A DNA stretch of 64,000 bases from Octopus sinensis (taxonomy: Eukaryota). The position numbers and the translations under genes were made by a program. The first letter of the stretch is position 1. Each line of letters begins with the position of its first letter. Shown here piece after piece: positions 40,596 to 53,146 of the stretch. Under the pieces are notes generated by a model. The model was not told the origin of the DNA and did no database searches. It saw only the letters and a list, made by a program, of their open reading frames with translations. The DNA is taken from positions 141,732,001 to 141,796,000 of the forward strand of contig NC_043000.1 of the NCBI RefSeq assembly GCF_006345805.1. Direction: 5' to 3'.

Positions 40596-40815
40596 AGGCG
40601 GCGAGCTACGCCGGACGAAATGCTTAGCCGAATTTCGTCTACCGTTACGTTCTGAGTTCAAATATCGCCGAGGTCGACTTTGCCTTTCATTCTTTCGGGG
40701 TCGATAAATTAAGTACCAGTTGCGCACTGGTTCGATGTAAACGACTTAATCCCTTCGCCTGTCCTTGTTTGTCCCCTCCCTGTTTAGCCCCTTGTGGGAA
40801 ATAGGGAAATAAGAA
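40596..40815 (+). mobile_element. SINE family A with a small head deletion
   Basis: Family motifs intact apart from loss of GGCAGAAACGTTAGC. Confidence 0.85.
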
Positions 40816-43039
40816 AGGATTACATTGATCATATCGTGTAGATGGCATGGGATTTTATTTATAGATAATCCATGTCACTCAATGACGTGTTTTCTTTTTT
40901 CATTCACCAGAACTTCAGGAGACAGCAAAATTGGAATCGCCCACGGCCCAATTGTTTTTTACCGCCGAGATAATAATTGCTAATTCGCAATACTTTGTGC
41001 AGTAACAATTTCAAGAAAATCTACATGCTGTGAACTTAGGAAATATTTCTAACACGTATATCCGATCAGAAAATCGTGCAGGTCTATTTAGGGAATTGTG
41101 TAATGCAGTAATTCTTCTTTACCAATTTTTTTAATATTTCCACTTTATCAAACGGGTAATTCATACCGACCCCATATTCTTTTCAAATTAACCTTGCTTT
41201 TTTAGCTGGCATTTTAATATTGTCATTCAAAGTGTTTAAGTGGATGTTCTCGGTATATTATTAAGATTTTCTTAAATCAACATCATCATACGAAAAAATT
41301 TCGAATTTTATATTGCGTATAGGGTATCTACACAATTACTGCCATGCACCTTAGGTAGTTTTTAACTCTTTTATCCGCCTCATTTATGGTTTTGCCCTAT
41401 GCAAAAGGTTTCTACTTTTTTTGTATTTATTATTTCGAATTCATCGAATTGCTGATATTGTTCCTTTTCCTTCTTTTTACAAGTGTTGCTTTACAAACTA
41501 AGCCTATGTTTTTAAGCTTTCATAATATCAAACACTGACATTGACCTTCAAGATTACGAGAATGCTTCCTACAATATAATATTTAAACTTTCATATGAAG
41601 GAGAATATTATATAACAAATAGGACATCTGTCGTGTCACAACGAAATTTTATGAAGAAGAAATACCTGACTTATTAATATCAGTATTTTACATATACGTA
41701 TTCAGCAGAATATGAATATTGTTCTTCAATATAGAAAACCTATTTGGTATAAATTAATGCATGAAGCGTATCGCGTCCATCATCTAGATTAATTTTATCA
41801 TCCTTTCTAATGAATAAAGTAACACATAGAAATGGATTAGAAAGATATACTGAATCCAAGTAATGCCCCTGGGGAAATTCCCTAAACCACAAAACTTCTT
41901 TGGATTTTGCTATCATTTTTGTGCTCAAATAAAAAGCACGAGAAAACAACGAGGGCAGATCCATTTGTTTTCAAATGTCTTAGAGAAAACAAACTTGAAA
42001 ACATAAATGTGAATACAAGGTGATATTTTGCGTCAGCAATACATAGACGAAAAGGTAAATTGTGCCAAAAAAACATCTAATGCCATGAGTGTGCGCGTAA
42101 ATTCAAAATGTAAAAGGATTTGAAACTTTTGTTCAATGAGTTTTCCGTTTGGACTACTAGAATTTAATTTATCAACTGAGTAAATCGTCCTTGGCCAAAA
42201 TTTGAACTTTAAGCGAATTAAATTAAAAGAGAATAATATATTTGATGGGGCGTATTAGTCTCATCCCACGCAAAGTGTTTGATGTGGAAAGGAAGCAGAA
42301 ACTTCAATGGACCAGTCTGTCTTCAGGTGACATTTATACAGAAACTAGAGTAGAATATGTTATTCTGATAAATACAATATTTCCTCAGGTCTCCTTTTCT
42401 ACAGTTAGAAATAATAGTTACGGCAGTACAATCACTAGTCTCCTTGAGATCTACTTGTATTCTCCTCTGTACTACCAGTCATAACACTTGATATAGTGTA
42501 CACAACGTTAATTCGTTCCAACGACAATTAACATTTGTCGCACATCAGACACCAAAGGATTACCACTATCTTATATTATCAACCGTCATATTTCTAAATC
42601 GTATGAGTTAAGAAAATCAGGTCATTTCTACACATTTGTCAAAAATATAAAATCACTGATTAATGCAATGTTCAAATATCGTCTACCAATACAACTTTAA
42701 GACTATAGCTATAAACTAAAAAGAGAAATTTCAGAAAATTGAAATTGGTATGAAATATGAGGTATATTGAACGGACGGCTTTTAGTATGTTGCCAAAAAG
42801 TGTCACAATTATGTAAGTAATTTTGTTCTGTAATAGGTTTCCCTATAACATTGATTTTATGAGCCATATAAATATGATTTATTTAATTCACTTTAACAAG
42901 TGAATAATTTTCAAATATCATCCAACTCAAGGGAGTTGTGTTTCGAAATAAGCTATCGTACTTTAAAACGTATTCTTGAGGAAACATGTAGATATAAAAC
43001 TATTCGACATATTATTCATAACACAGGCAGACGCAAATA

Positions 43040-43177
43040 CCACAACATACGTACACATGCATACACACACACACACAAACACACACACATACACAGTCAC
43101 ATACAGAGATGCACGGAGAGGGGTACAGACATATGTACTATCCCATCCTTCTCTCTCTCTGTCTCTCTCTCTCTCTC

Positions 43178-43243
<66 letters not shown>

Positions 43244-43553
43244 GATACATATATATATGTGTTTGTATATACGCATATATGTACATCTATATACACACAA
43301 AAATATGTACTTTAGTATCTGTCTTTCATCAATAGCTTTGTATATAAACACACGCACATATGTTTACGTACATAGATACGAATATAGACATATATGAATA
43401 TACATCTATATATATATGTGTGTGTATATATATACATGCATATATACATATACATGTATACCAGTGCGCATCTCATTCTATGGCTACTTGTAAGTCCCTG
43501 CTGGGAAATTGTATGCTGATATACAGGTGTTCGTGCTTGTGTATGCTTATGTA

Positions 43554-43610
<57 letters not shown>
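43040..43610. repeat. (CA)/(CT)/(TA) microsatellite cluster
   Basis: Visible repeats. Confidence 0.9.
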
Positions 43611-43613
<3 letters not shown>

Positions 43614-44820
43614 TAAACATACGCATAAAAGTGTAAACGTGTATTCGTTTCAAATATAAGAATTATATAAATAGGTTGTCAAGTGAAGTTATTCGAGATT
43701 CCGTTACTGAAGTAAATTGAATGAATACAGACGTTTATATTTATAGCATATACATATTGGAATTGAAGCCTATTCTTTAGTATTGCTACCATTCATTCAG
43801 AAACTAAGTTGTAACCGATTTAACAAAGCGTTTAATGCATATTCTGCGTTTTGCCTCTCCTATGAATGCTTTCGTTGATGATCGCTTTATTCTCGATATT
43901 TCGTAACATGAGATACAAGGAACTTTTCTATGCCTTCATATAAATAGACTATCTATACATAGATAAATGCAATCAATACAAAAGAATACATTGATTGATA
44001 CATTTTTTATTGCATATATACTTATATTAGCAAGTTTATAATATAACGATAAACCTAGAATGATATATGTCTATCTCTGTATATCTGATTGTTGATCATT
44101 GGGTGATAATTGTATGTGAGACAGCAAGTATTGATACCATTGAACTATATTTGTTGCTCTAAAATATGAATGTATAAATATGCTGAAATCTACAAAAATG
44201 TACAATATGTTCCAAGTATAACACACAACCATTATTACTGTGTAGAAAGTCAACATAATACGGCAATCAGTTCCGTCAACATATATCAAGAAATCCATAT
44301 GTCATGATAAATGGTTCAGTTTCGCTTTAGATGCCAATATTTCACATACTGCAACGAATCCAACGTTACAGACGATCAATTTTGCAATAGATACTGCCTT
44401 TAAACAATTATTAATTAATGAAAGTATATACATCTCTGAAAGCTTATGGAATCCATATATAGTATACGGAACCTTTTAATCACCGCATAGCATAATACTG
44501 ATTAACTGGTACGTGATTACAGGACGTATTAAATAACGTCCCGTTTTACCTCAAATCATACCTCCTTATCTTTAAGAGAATGCAATGCATTATTTATTTC
44601 TCATTGAAGTATACAATGAAATAATACGAATTTAGGCTGAAATGTCGTGTGTAGATTTGCAAGACAAAGTTATATATAAACTAGTTGAGTAATGGCATAA
44701 TACATTGATCATATTGGAAATTGGTTTCGATTACAAACACAATAAGCATAAAGTGATACTCAACATACATTAATAAATACAAAATATAATTTTGATAAGA
44801 CTAAATCATGTAACAACACG

Positions 44821-44858
<38 letters not shown>

Positions 44859-45739
44859 TACATGCATACACACACACACATACATACACACGCATACACA
44901 CAGCTAAGAAAACTTCTAAGTACGAACAGTTATGCTCACCATTCCGATCGTTTTTCAGTGGCATCACATTTCTAGCCTCGTTATCCACAAATTTGCACAT
45001 TCAAAGGATATCAACAAATAAATCATGTGTAGGCACTGCTAGGAAAAATCCGAAAGCTTGGTGAATATTACACAAAGTTCTAGAAATGTTCGAAAGTATT
45101 ATTAATAATCAGTCTTAAAAAAAGATGAAATTTAATGTTTAGCAAAACTTATTCCGAGATGATTATATAGACCCCCGCATGACTTCACATTTTGTGTGAA
45201 GAACTATAGATTTAAATGCAACTTATAGTAAGCTTAATATCATACAATTGTTGTATTTCTCATCAGTAGTGTTGTGTTTTGTCTTGGACGTTAACTTAAC
45301 GACATTATTCAACGACACTTGATAGCTTTCAGTATCCTCTTTGTTATTACAAGATTGTTTGGTATTGCTATTTATCTCCAGAACAAATAATCTCCGAGCC
45401 ATCAGGTCAGCTCTTAGAACAAAAGTCAAGGCAAACCTTTGCCCTCTAGGCAAAGAAAACTGCATAATCTGCTGCAGCTGAGTTTTTTTTTCTTTTTCTG
45501 TTTGAATGATTTCTGGAAGTTATAGATTGGCCACGGCCCGAAAGTCCTCCCGAACAGACCAGCTAGCTCGTTCTCGTTTACAATCAGAGTGTCCCCGAGA
45601 ACAACATTGCACTTACGCGCAACTAATCCTCTTTAGAACGCAGGAGTGTAACTTCTACTGACTATATTGCCTAACTGACAGAAGACAGTGTGCGCCTGAC
45701 GACACTCTAGCTTCACTGGTCAATGCTTGGCAAAGAGAA

Positions 45740-46720
45740 TAGCTGTGAAAAATTCTGTCTGACAAACGGTGACCACATCTGCTCAATGTCCAAGTAACTC
45801 TGGAGATGTCACACCTCAATGTATGTCACTGGACGCAGGCCCATCAACTGTTTTTGGTTAATTTTTTGCTCCTATCAGTACCTCGTGTTCATTTACAGAA
45901 ATGCCGAGTTTGTCTTTGCCTGATGTTCGACACAAGTACAGTGACGTCTGCATATGTCAACATGATCCTACCACGTCCTAGTTCGCGTGGGATGCCTCTC
46001 AAAGTCTCCGATGTCCGCAGTAGTTGCTCTAGAGCCAGTACACACAGAAGAGACGAAAGCAGAGACTCTTTACCGACCGAAAACACGATCCTGATTGGTT
46101 CTGATACCTAACAATTCACCGGAACTACCGAACAGATGGCGAAGAACATTGCAGTAATCTAGCCACAGAAAACAGTATCCAGACTGGCCGCCAAAGTATG
46201 GTAGTCGGCCTTATCGAAGATTTTAGACTGATCCAAATTGGTCAGGGCCACACCCATGACAGCTTTTTACCCACCCTATTTATGATGAATAGCATAAAAC
46301 GGAACCTGTCGTGGATGGATCTGCTTTGGATTGTGCAAGTTTGCGCATCATCAGCCAGTTATTCGAGCTAACCTCCTTGCCAAAACCTGGGCCTAAATTT
46401 TGAAATATGCATCAGCTGCATTATGGACCCAAATTGGCGTTCTAATCGCTCCCCCAAAAAACCTCCAGATATCTTTAGAAATCAGATTGTCCTACTTCTG
46501 TCGGAGCATAAACAGCCACCAGTCTGAGGATACCCTGTCACTACTGTTTATAGATACCACAAAAAAAAACTTATGTGTCCAGGAAGTTATACCTTTCCTA
46601 GAGATCCAGACCTCTCCTGAATATCACTGCAGTACCATCCCTCATTCCAGGCTGATATCGAAATAAATAGATTTTGTATCCACCGAAAATGGGTATGAAC
46701 GCTTTTCAGTCAGAGAGTCT
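45740..46720 (-). mobile_element. Tx1-type LINE reverse transcriptase relic
   Basis: QVLARRLA, NLDQSKIFDKAD, LSSLLCVLALEQLL..LRGIP..YAD (RT motifs), decayed. Confidence 0.7.
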
Positions 46721-46774
46721 GATATCACTGATAGCCACTACATCTACACTTAGTGACCTGAGGTCGTCGAACAG

Positions 46775-47230
46775 ATGTTTTTTTCTTCTTTTCCACGGCA
46801 ACCCCTGGTACTTGCATTTATATTGCCTATACTAGGTAAGTCCATGTCATACTATGAAATAGGTTACAATGGTTTTGTTGGCGTGATGGTGATGGTTATT
46901 CCGTTCCCATGGTTATATATGCTTGTTTCCACTATTAGTTCTTTATATAATCTTTTGTTGATATTTCTCCTGAAAGCGCTTACTCCTTTAGGATATTTAG
47001 TTTTTATGGCGTTGTTTTGTGATGTTAAGATGGCTTTTATGTGTATTGATATGTTATTTGTTGGTGTAATAAAATCGGTGTATGTCATGCCTGTATGGTT
47101 ATATATGTTCCATCAGTTCTTTATTGTTAGTGTTTATTGCTGTGTAGTTAATGGTGTTTGAATTTTCTCTGAGTTGGGATGTGCGATCTGAGAGTTGTTT
47201 GTGCGAATTTGATGGTGGTATCAATGAACA
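46775..47230 (-). mobile_element. Unclassified non-LTR retrotransposon 3' end
   Basis: Long semi-open frame ending ..TKPL*PIS..DLPSIGNINASTRGCRG followed by an A-rich tail; lies between the Tx1 EN and RT pieces. Confidence 0.3.
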
Positions 47231-47399
47231 AGAAAATGAAGAAAAAGAAAAAAATTAATTTTTACACATAACTCGTGCAAGCTCAACCACCTCCGCCAAT
47301 ACTACCGCCTAATACTACTTCTATCTACAAGCCTACAAATTACTCTGTCGAGATACGACTTTCAAGACCCGTTGCTATTTTCTCATGACCACATTGGGC

Positions 47400-47880
47400 A
47401 CTTGTAAGCCAGTTAGAAGCATAGTCGTGAGGTTTTTAAATCCCACTCTTCTATCGGCTAGTCCTGTCCCATACAGGCGTGTGTTCGACATTGCCGGCAT
47501 TCCAATCGCCTACTAGCACTAAAGCACGAGACGTCCCAAAGAAAATTTCAAAACGTCTGAAGAACTCAGGCTGCCATACGCTAATTGTGAGGTACACAGC
47601 GACTAATCTAAAAGCACTACCTTCGTTATTGCTCATATTCAGGGTCTCGAAATTATCATCCGGGTCCAGGAAATTTGTCCTTACCTCACGATCCAGGCCT
47701 TTCCAAAAGAATCACCACGCCGCTTCCCATATGACGCCAACTAAAAGATGCGAGGATGTCAACGCCTTTGACAATAGAGGTCATATAGTTTGTATCGGAA
47801 ATTCTAGTCTCGATGATAGCTGTCGCATCCGTAGCTATTGACTTAACGTCGTTGCGCCGGTGGCCTTGCTTCCTGGGCTA
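47400..47880 (-). mobile_element. Tx1-type LINE APE endonuclease relic
   Basis: FLDPD..AFRLVAVY..PEFFRR..ALVLVGDWNA (GDxN motif). Confidence 0.65.
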
Positions 47881-48649
47881 TCTCAAGCCACAGACATTTA
47901 TACAACTCAATCTTAAATCCTTTTGTCCGCCTCTTTATTGATTTAGTCAACTTGAAACCATCTAAAAGATGTGAATATCAATAACAATGCAATTGGTATT
48001 AAAATGATCTTATTTTTGGTGATATACTCTTAGTATATACCAGGTTCATGATTCTGCTACACTCATAATGTAAACAGTTTTCTAATTCTAGATACGTTTT
48101 GCGTAATTGGATTAAGTCTCTTGAAATATTGCCATATATTATGAGTGTTCTTATTTGTATGTTCTTAAATATATATCCGTTCTTATTTCAGCATTATTTG
48201 CTTTGGTTCCAAAACCTAATGGAAAACTTCATGCCGACCAGACTACTTATCAACTGCAAAATTATATTCTGAACAAACCTGAATTATCAGATACAACAAT
48301 ATGCAACTTAGATATTTCCAGATCGTGTTTCCTTAGACAAATAGCAAGGTAAATGACATGCCATTGCATTTTGGTAATGGTTTTAGTAGAAAGCTAATAG
48401 ATTATCTATATATGCTTACACAGATAAGCCCTGCGGAAATATTTGCAATATTCATTTATTTGTTGGATTATTTTGTTGATAAAAACTAATACCCAAACAT
48501 AGTACATAGTCAAAAATTGTGGCATGCTTCACTCCATGTTGAATACATATTTGGCGGGGATTGATCAAAGATATCTCCACTCTGTAACTATCATTGAATA
48601 TACTGGGAAAATACACTTGTGGTAAACTGTGCTTGAAGTAATCCTATCT

Positions 48650-48855
48650 ATTGTAGGCACAAGGCCTTAAATTTGGTAAGTATAAAGCTAGTCGCTTACA
48701 TTGACCCGTGTAAACAACTGGTACTTCTTTTATCGATCTCGATGGGATGAAAGGCGAAGTCGATCTCGGCAGAAATTAAACTTAGAATTTAAAGATGGTA
48801 AAAAGTGCGTCTAATCGTTTTCCCGCCGTAATAACGATTTTATCATCCCACTGGC
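48650..48855 (-). mobile_element. SINE family A-related, diverged
   Basis: CTGGTACTTCTTTTATCGATC..GGATGAAAGGCGAAGTCGATCTCGGC. Confidence 0.65.
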
Positions 48856-48949
48856 CCCATTGTCAGAAATAATGAACCGATGTAGTTTTCAGAATGATAA
48901 TGATGCACCCGATGAAAACGATGTTGAGTATAATACCGTCGGTACATAA

Positions 48950-48960
48950 TAATGATTATG

Positions 48961-49025
<65 letters not shown>
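48950..49025. repeat. (AAT)n at the 5' junction of the Dong/R4 element
   Basis: Visible repeat. Confidence 0.95.
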
Positions 49026-49026
<1 letters not shown>

Positions 49027-51175
49027 TGTTCAAGTCATTTACTGCAGTGATATCGCAAAGGCTGAACAAGCACCTGGACGAAAACAAGCTGTTCCCAGAA
49101 GAGCAGAAAGGATGCCGCAAAGGCTCATATGGCTGTAAAGATCAACTAATGATTAATAAAGCCGTAACTGAAGACAGCCACAGAAAGAAGAAAGGCCTCA
49201 GTATGGCCTGGATTGACTACAAAAAGGCGTTTGATAGCATCCCCCACACATGGATCCTCGAAACACTAGCCATTAACAAAGTAGCACCAACAATCATAAA
49301 ATTCATAGAGCACTCTATGAATAAATGGCAAACAGTCCTACACCTCCAAACAAAAGAGGGACACATGAAAACCAAAGACATCCCCATTAGAAGAGGAATA
49401 TTCCAGGGAGACACGCTCTCTCCACTCTTGTTCTGCTTGGCACTGTCACCTCTATCTGATATGCTAAATAGAACTGGATGCGGATATAAATGTTACGGCA
49501 AAACGATCAGCCACCTTTTATATATGGATGACCTAAAACTATACGCTGCAAATGACAAACAGCTGGAAACACTATTAAAGACAGTTCATGGATTTACCAA
49601 AGAAATAGATATGAAATTTGGATTAGAAAAATGCGCCAAAGTAACCATAAAAAGAGGAAAACTAGTTAAGAGTAACAACATCACACTAGATAAAACCGAT
49701 GAAATAAAAGAATTAGACCAAAGCCAAACTTACAAATACTTAGGAATCCATGAACTAGATAAGACACAACACACACAAATGAAAGAGAAAATAAAAAAGA
49801 ATATTATAGACGAGTTAGATCAATACTAAAAACAGAGCTCAATGCTAAAAACAAGATAATAGGTATCAACACTTTAGCTGTCCCAGTTATAAGTTACAGC
49901 TACAATATCCTTAACTGGACACGAAATGAACTGTCCAAAATAGATAGGAAAACAAGAAAAATACTGACAGGATCTAGGATGCATCACCCAAAATCTGACA
50001 TAGAAAGACTATATATACAACGTATAGAAGGTGGTAGAGGCCTTATACAGCTGGAAAACTACTATAAAATAACCACCATAGGACTGCAAAAATACCTACT
50101 TCAGAAGGAAGGAAAACTGATCCAGATAGCAGCAAAACACGAGCAAAACAAAAAACTGTTCTCAGTATTTAAGGAAGCTGACAAATACAAACAAGAAATC
50201 ATACCACCTAATAAACACGAAGAAGAAGAAGAAAATGATGAAGAAACAACAAAAGCTATAAAACAAATGAAATCCAAACTAAACATAGAACAGCAACGAA
50301 CCATGATAAAACGATGGCAAGAAAAGCCCCTTCATGGTAAATACTGCACTAAACTAAACGCAAATGAAATAGACAAAGAAAAATCCCAGCAATGGTTGAG
50401 AAGCTCAGGACTCAAAGCAGAAACAGAGGGATTTTTAATTACAGCACAAGACCAAAGCCTCCCCACCAGAAATTACCAAAAACGTGTAATGAAAATAAAT
50501 ATTACAAGTAACTGCAGAATATGTGGAGATGGACAAAAAACAATAAATCATATTATCTCTAGCTGCCTAGTCCTGGCCAAGAAGGAATATATTTACAGAC
50601 ATGACAGAGTTGGAACCTACATACATTGGAAGTTATGCCAACATTATGGAATAACAACAGAAAAAAGATGGTATAGGCACACACCAGAAAAGGTCACAGA
50701 AAACTAGAAAGCAACCATACTATGGGATATGCCGATACACACAGATAGAGAAATTAAGGCCAACAGACCAGATATAGTTGTCAGAGATCATGAAGAAAAA
50801 AATGCTTTCTAATTGATGTATCAATACCGGCAGATGACAACGTGTCTCTAAAAGAAATGGAGAAACTCTCAAAATACAAAGACCTGGAAATAGAGGTAAC
50901 TAGAATGTGGAATCTGAAAACAGAAACAATTCCTATCATAGTAGGTGCATTAGGCATGATAAAAAAATATTCAGACAAATACATAACAAAAACACCAGGA
51001 CTTACAAACACATATAACATACAGAAAATTGCACTACTAGGCACTGCACACATCCTACGCAGAACACTTTCCATACAATAACCATCAGAGCATCACAACA
51101 AATCACAGCACATACCCAAGGCACACAGAGCTGCGCTCGGTAGTGAAGTGAAAGCACGCTATAAAAATAAAACTA

Positions 51176-51178
<3 letters not shown>
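49026..51178 (+). mobile_element. Dong/R4-clade non-LTR retrotransposon, 5'-truncated, young
   Basis: RT (WIDYKKAFDS, GIFQGDTLSP, LYMDDLKLY, YKYLG), CCHC (CRICG..HIISSC), restriction-like endonuclease (RPDIVV..LIDV..K..KY); one frameshift near 49795 and one stop at 50705-50707. Confidence 0.92.

Positions 51179-51232
<54 letters not shown>
51179..51232. repeat. (TAA)n tail or target tract
   Basis: Visible repeat. Confidence 0.95.
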
Positions 51233-51234
<2 letters not shown>

Positions 51235-51428
51235 GTAAATATAAGGACCTGGAAATCGAAATACAGAGGATGTGGAATCTTAAGTAAATATAAGGACCTG
51301 TAAATCGAAATACAGAGGATGTGGAATCTTAAGTAAATATAAGGACCTGGAAATCGAAATACAGAGGATGTGGAATCTTAAGTAAATATAAGGACCTGGA
51401 AATCGAAATACAGAGGATGTGGAATCTT
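51233..51428 (+). repeat. 4 x 49-bp tandem repeat of Dong coding sequence
   Basis: Unit AAGTAAATATAAGGACCTGGAAATCGAAATACAGAGGATGTGGAATCTT at 51233, 51282, 51331 and 51380; one substitution in copy 2. Confidence 0.95.
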
Positions 51429-51810
51429 AAAACAAAAACTGTTCCTGTTATTGTAGGTGCCCTAGGTATGATAAAAAAGGGATGTCAGAAACACCTAGAC
51501 AATATCCCTGGAAAACATGTCTCAAGGAAATCCAAAAGATTGTGCTAACAAGTACTGCCCACATCCTTAGAAAAACCCTATCAATGTAAATGTTTGTGTT
51601 TGCATTACATGGAGATATATCTCTACTTCCCCTCCCCAAGCTTTCAGCTATATTTCAACAACTCTTAACCTTCACTTGCCCTAGGGCGCTGGGTGTGCTC
51701 CGGCAAGTGATTGCATCAAACATGCAGATTAAAAGTAAATGACAATAATGATAATAATAATAATAATAATCACAACAATAATAATAATCACAACAACAAT
51801 AATAATAATA
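51233..51810 (+). mobile_element. Second Dong/R4 element (different subfamily), short 3' fragment with (AAT)n tail
   Basis: SKYKDLEIEIQRMWNLKTKTVPVIVGALGMIKK..TAHILRKTLSM*, paralogous to the end of 49026-51178. Confidence 0.85.
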
Positions 51811-51917
51811 AACATCCTCTAGAACAATACTATATGTAAAACCAAATATATGATAACCTAGGAATACCAACATGAACTTCTAACTACATATATACACATA
51901 CAGATATACACATATAA

Positions 51918-52069
51918 GACGGGCTCTTTGAGTTTCCGCCTTCCAAATCCACTCACAAGGCTTTGGTTGTGGCTACAGTAGAAGACGCACAAGGTGCCAC
52001 GCAGTGGGACTGAACTTGGAACTATGAGGTTGATAATCAAGCTACTTAACACATAGCCACTCCTGCGCC
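51918..52069 (-). mobile_element. SINE family B head
   Basis: CCAAATCCACTCACAAGGCTTTGG..GCCACTCCTGCGCC. Confidence 0.85.
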
Positions 52070-52086
52070 TATATATATAAAAAAAG

Positions 52087-52402
52087 ACTCCGCCGGTTAC
52101 GACGACGAGGGTCCCAGCTGATACGATCAACGGAACAGCTTGCTCGTGAAATTAACGTGCAAATGGCTGAGCATTCCACAGACACGTGTACCCTTAACGT
52201 AGTTCCCGGGGATAATCAGCGTGACACAGAGAGTGACAAGGCTGACCCTTTGAAATACAAGTACAACTCATTTTTGCCAGCTGAGTGGACTGGAGCAACG
52301 TGAAAATAAAGTGTCTTGCTCAAGGACACAACGCGTCGCCGGGAATCGAACTCACAACCATACGATCATGAGCCGAATGCCCTAACCACTAAGCCACGCG
52401 CC
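52087..52402 (-). mobile_element. SINE family C (head type 1), full-length
   Basis: GGCGCGTGGCTTAGTGGTTAGGG..GAGTTCGATTCCC..CTCGTCGTCGTAACCGGCGGAGT. Confidence 0.88.
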
Positions 52403-52489
52403 CTCACCCTATATATATAATACTATATTTGTTCCACGTCCTCGCGTTGTTGTGTTTTCTCTTTGTGTTTTCACGTTTGGTTAACATTA

Positions 52490-52495
52490 TATATA

Positions 52496-52553
<58 letters not shown>

Positions 52554-52830
52554 TTCTTTTAGTGCTTCATTATTTCATTATTTAACAGACTCACCGGTTC
52601 GATTTCCACTCATTTAGCTATTTAGTTGTTTTTTTAAATATTTTCGTTAGGTGTTGCAACCTTGTCAATAGCCGTTGACGCTGTCCTTTACCAGAACCGC
52701 GTTCTTTTTGTTCGTTTGTACGCATGTGTGTGCGTCAGTGTGCATGTGTATATACATATGTATGTATGTGTGTATATACATATATATATATGCATATATA
52801 TATATATATATATATATATGCATATATATA

Positions 52831-52903
<73 letters not shown>

Positions 52904-53050
52904 TGTGAGTACGTTTGTATGTAAGTATTCTGCATATTCATGTATTTGTGTGTGCTCATTTTTGTGTGTTTGTATATGTGTGTGTATGTCTTTGTGTGAC
53001 TATGTACCTGCGTATGTTATGCATGTATGTTTGTGTGTGTGCATGTATGT
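52490..53050. repeat. (TA)/(TG) microsatellite cluster
   Basis: Visible repeats. Confidence 0.9.
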
Positions 53051-53146
53051 CCGTATTACCTATGTACCTCTCTATCTATTTATCTAAGTTTACTTATTTA
53101 TCCATTTACCTACACCCCCCACACACACATATGTATGTATATACCA

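Noticed and set aside
40911-41001. Plus-strand exon candidate (ELQETAKLESPTAQLFF..)
   Set aside because: Acceptor is good but the donor (GCA|GTAACA) is weak, and its end phase does not link to the other retained candidates.
42915-42996. Stem I/II/III-like pairings around GAAACATGTA
   Set aside because: The core position reads ATCCAAC, not CUGANGA.
45235-45275. Minus-strand CUGAUGA-GAAAU..ACAAUUGUA
   Set aside because: No stem II and a poor stem I.
51233-51428. Regular direct repeats resembling a CRISPR array
   Set aside because: No spacers, and the unit is Dong LINE coding sequence in a eukaryote.
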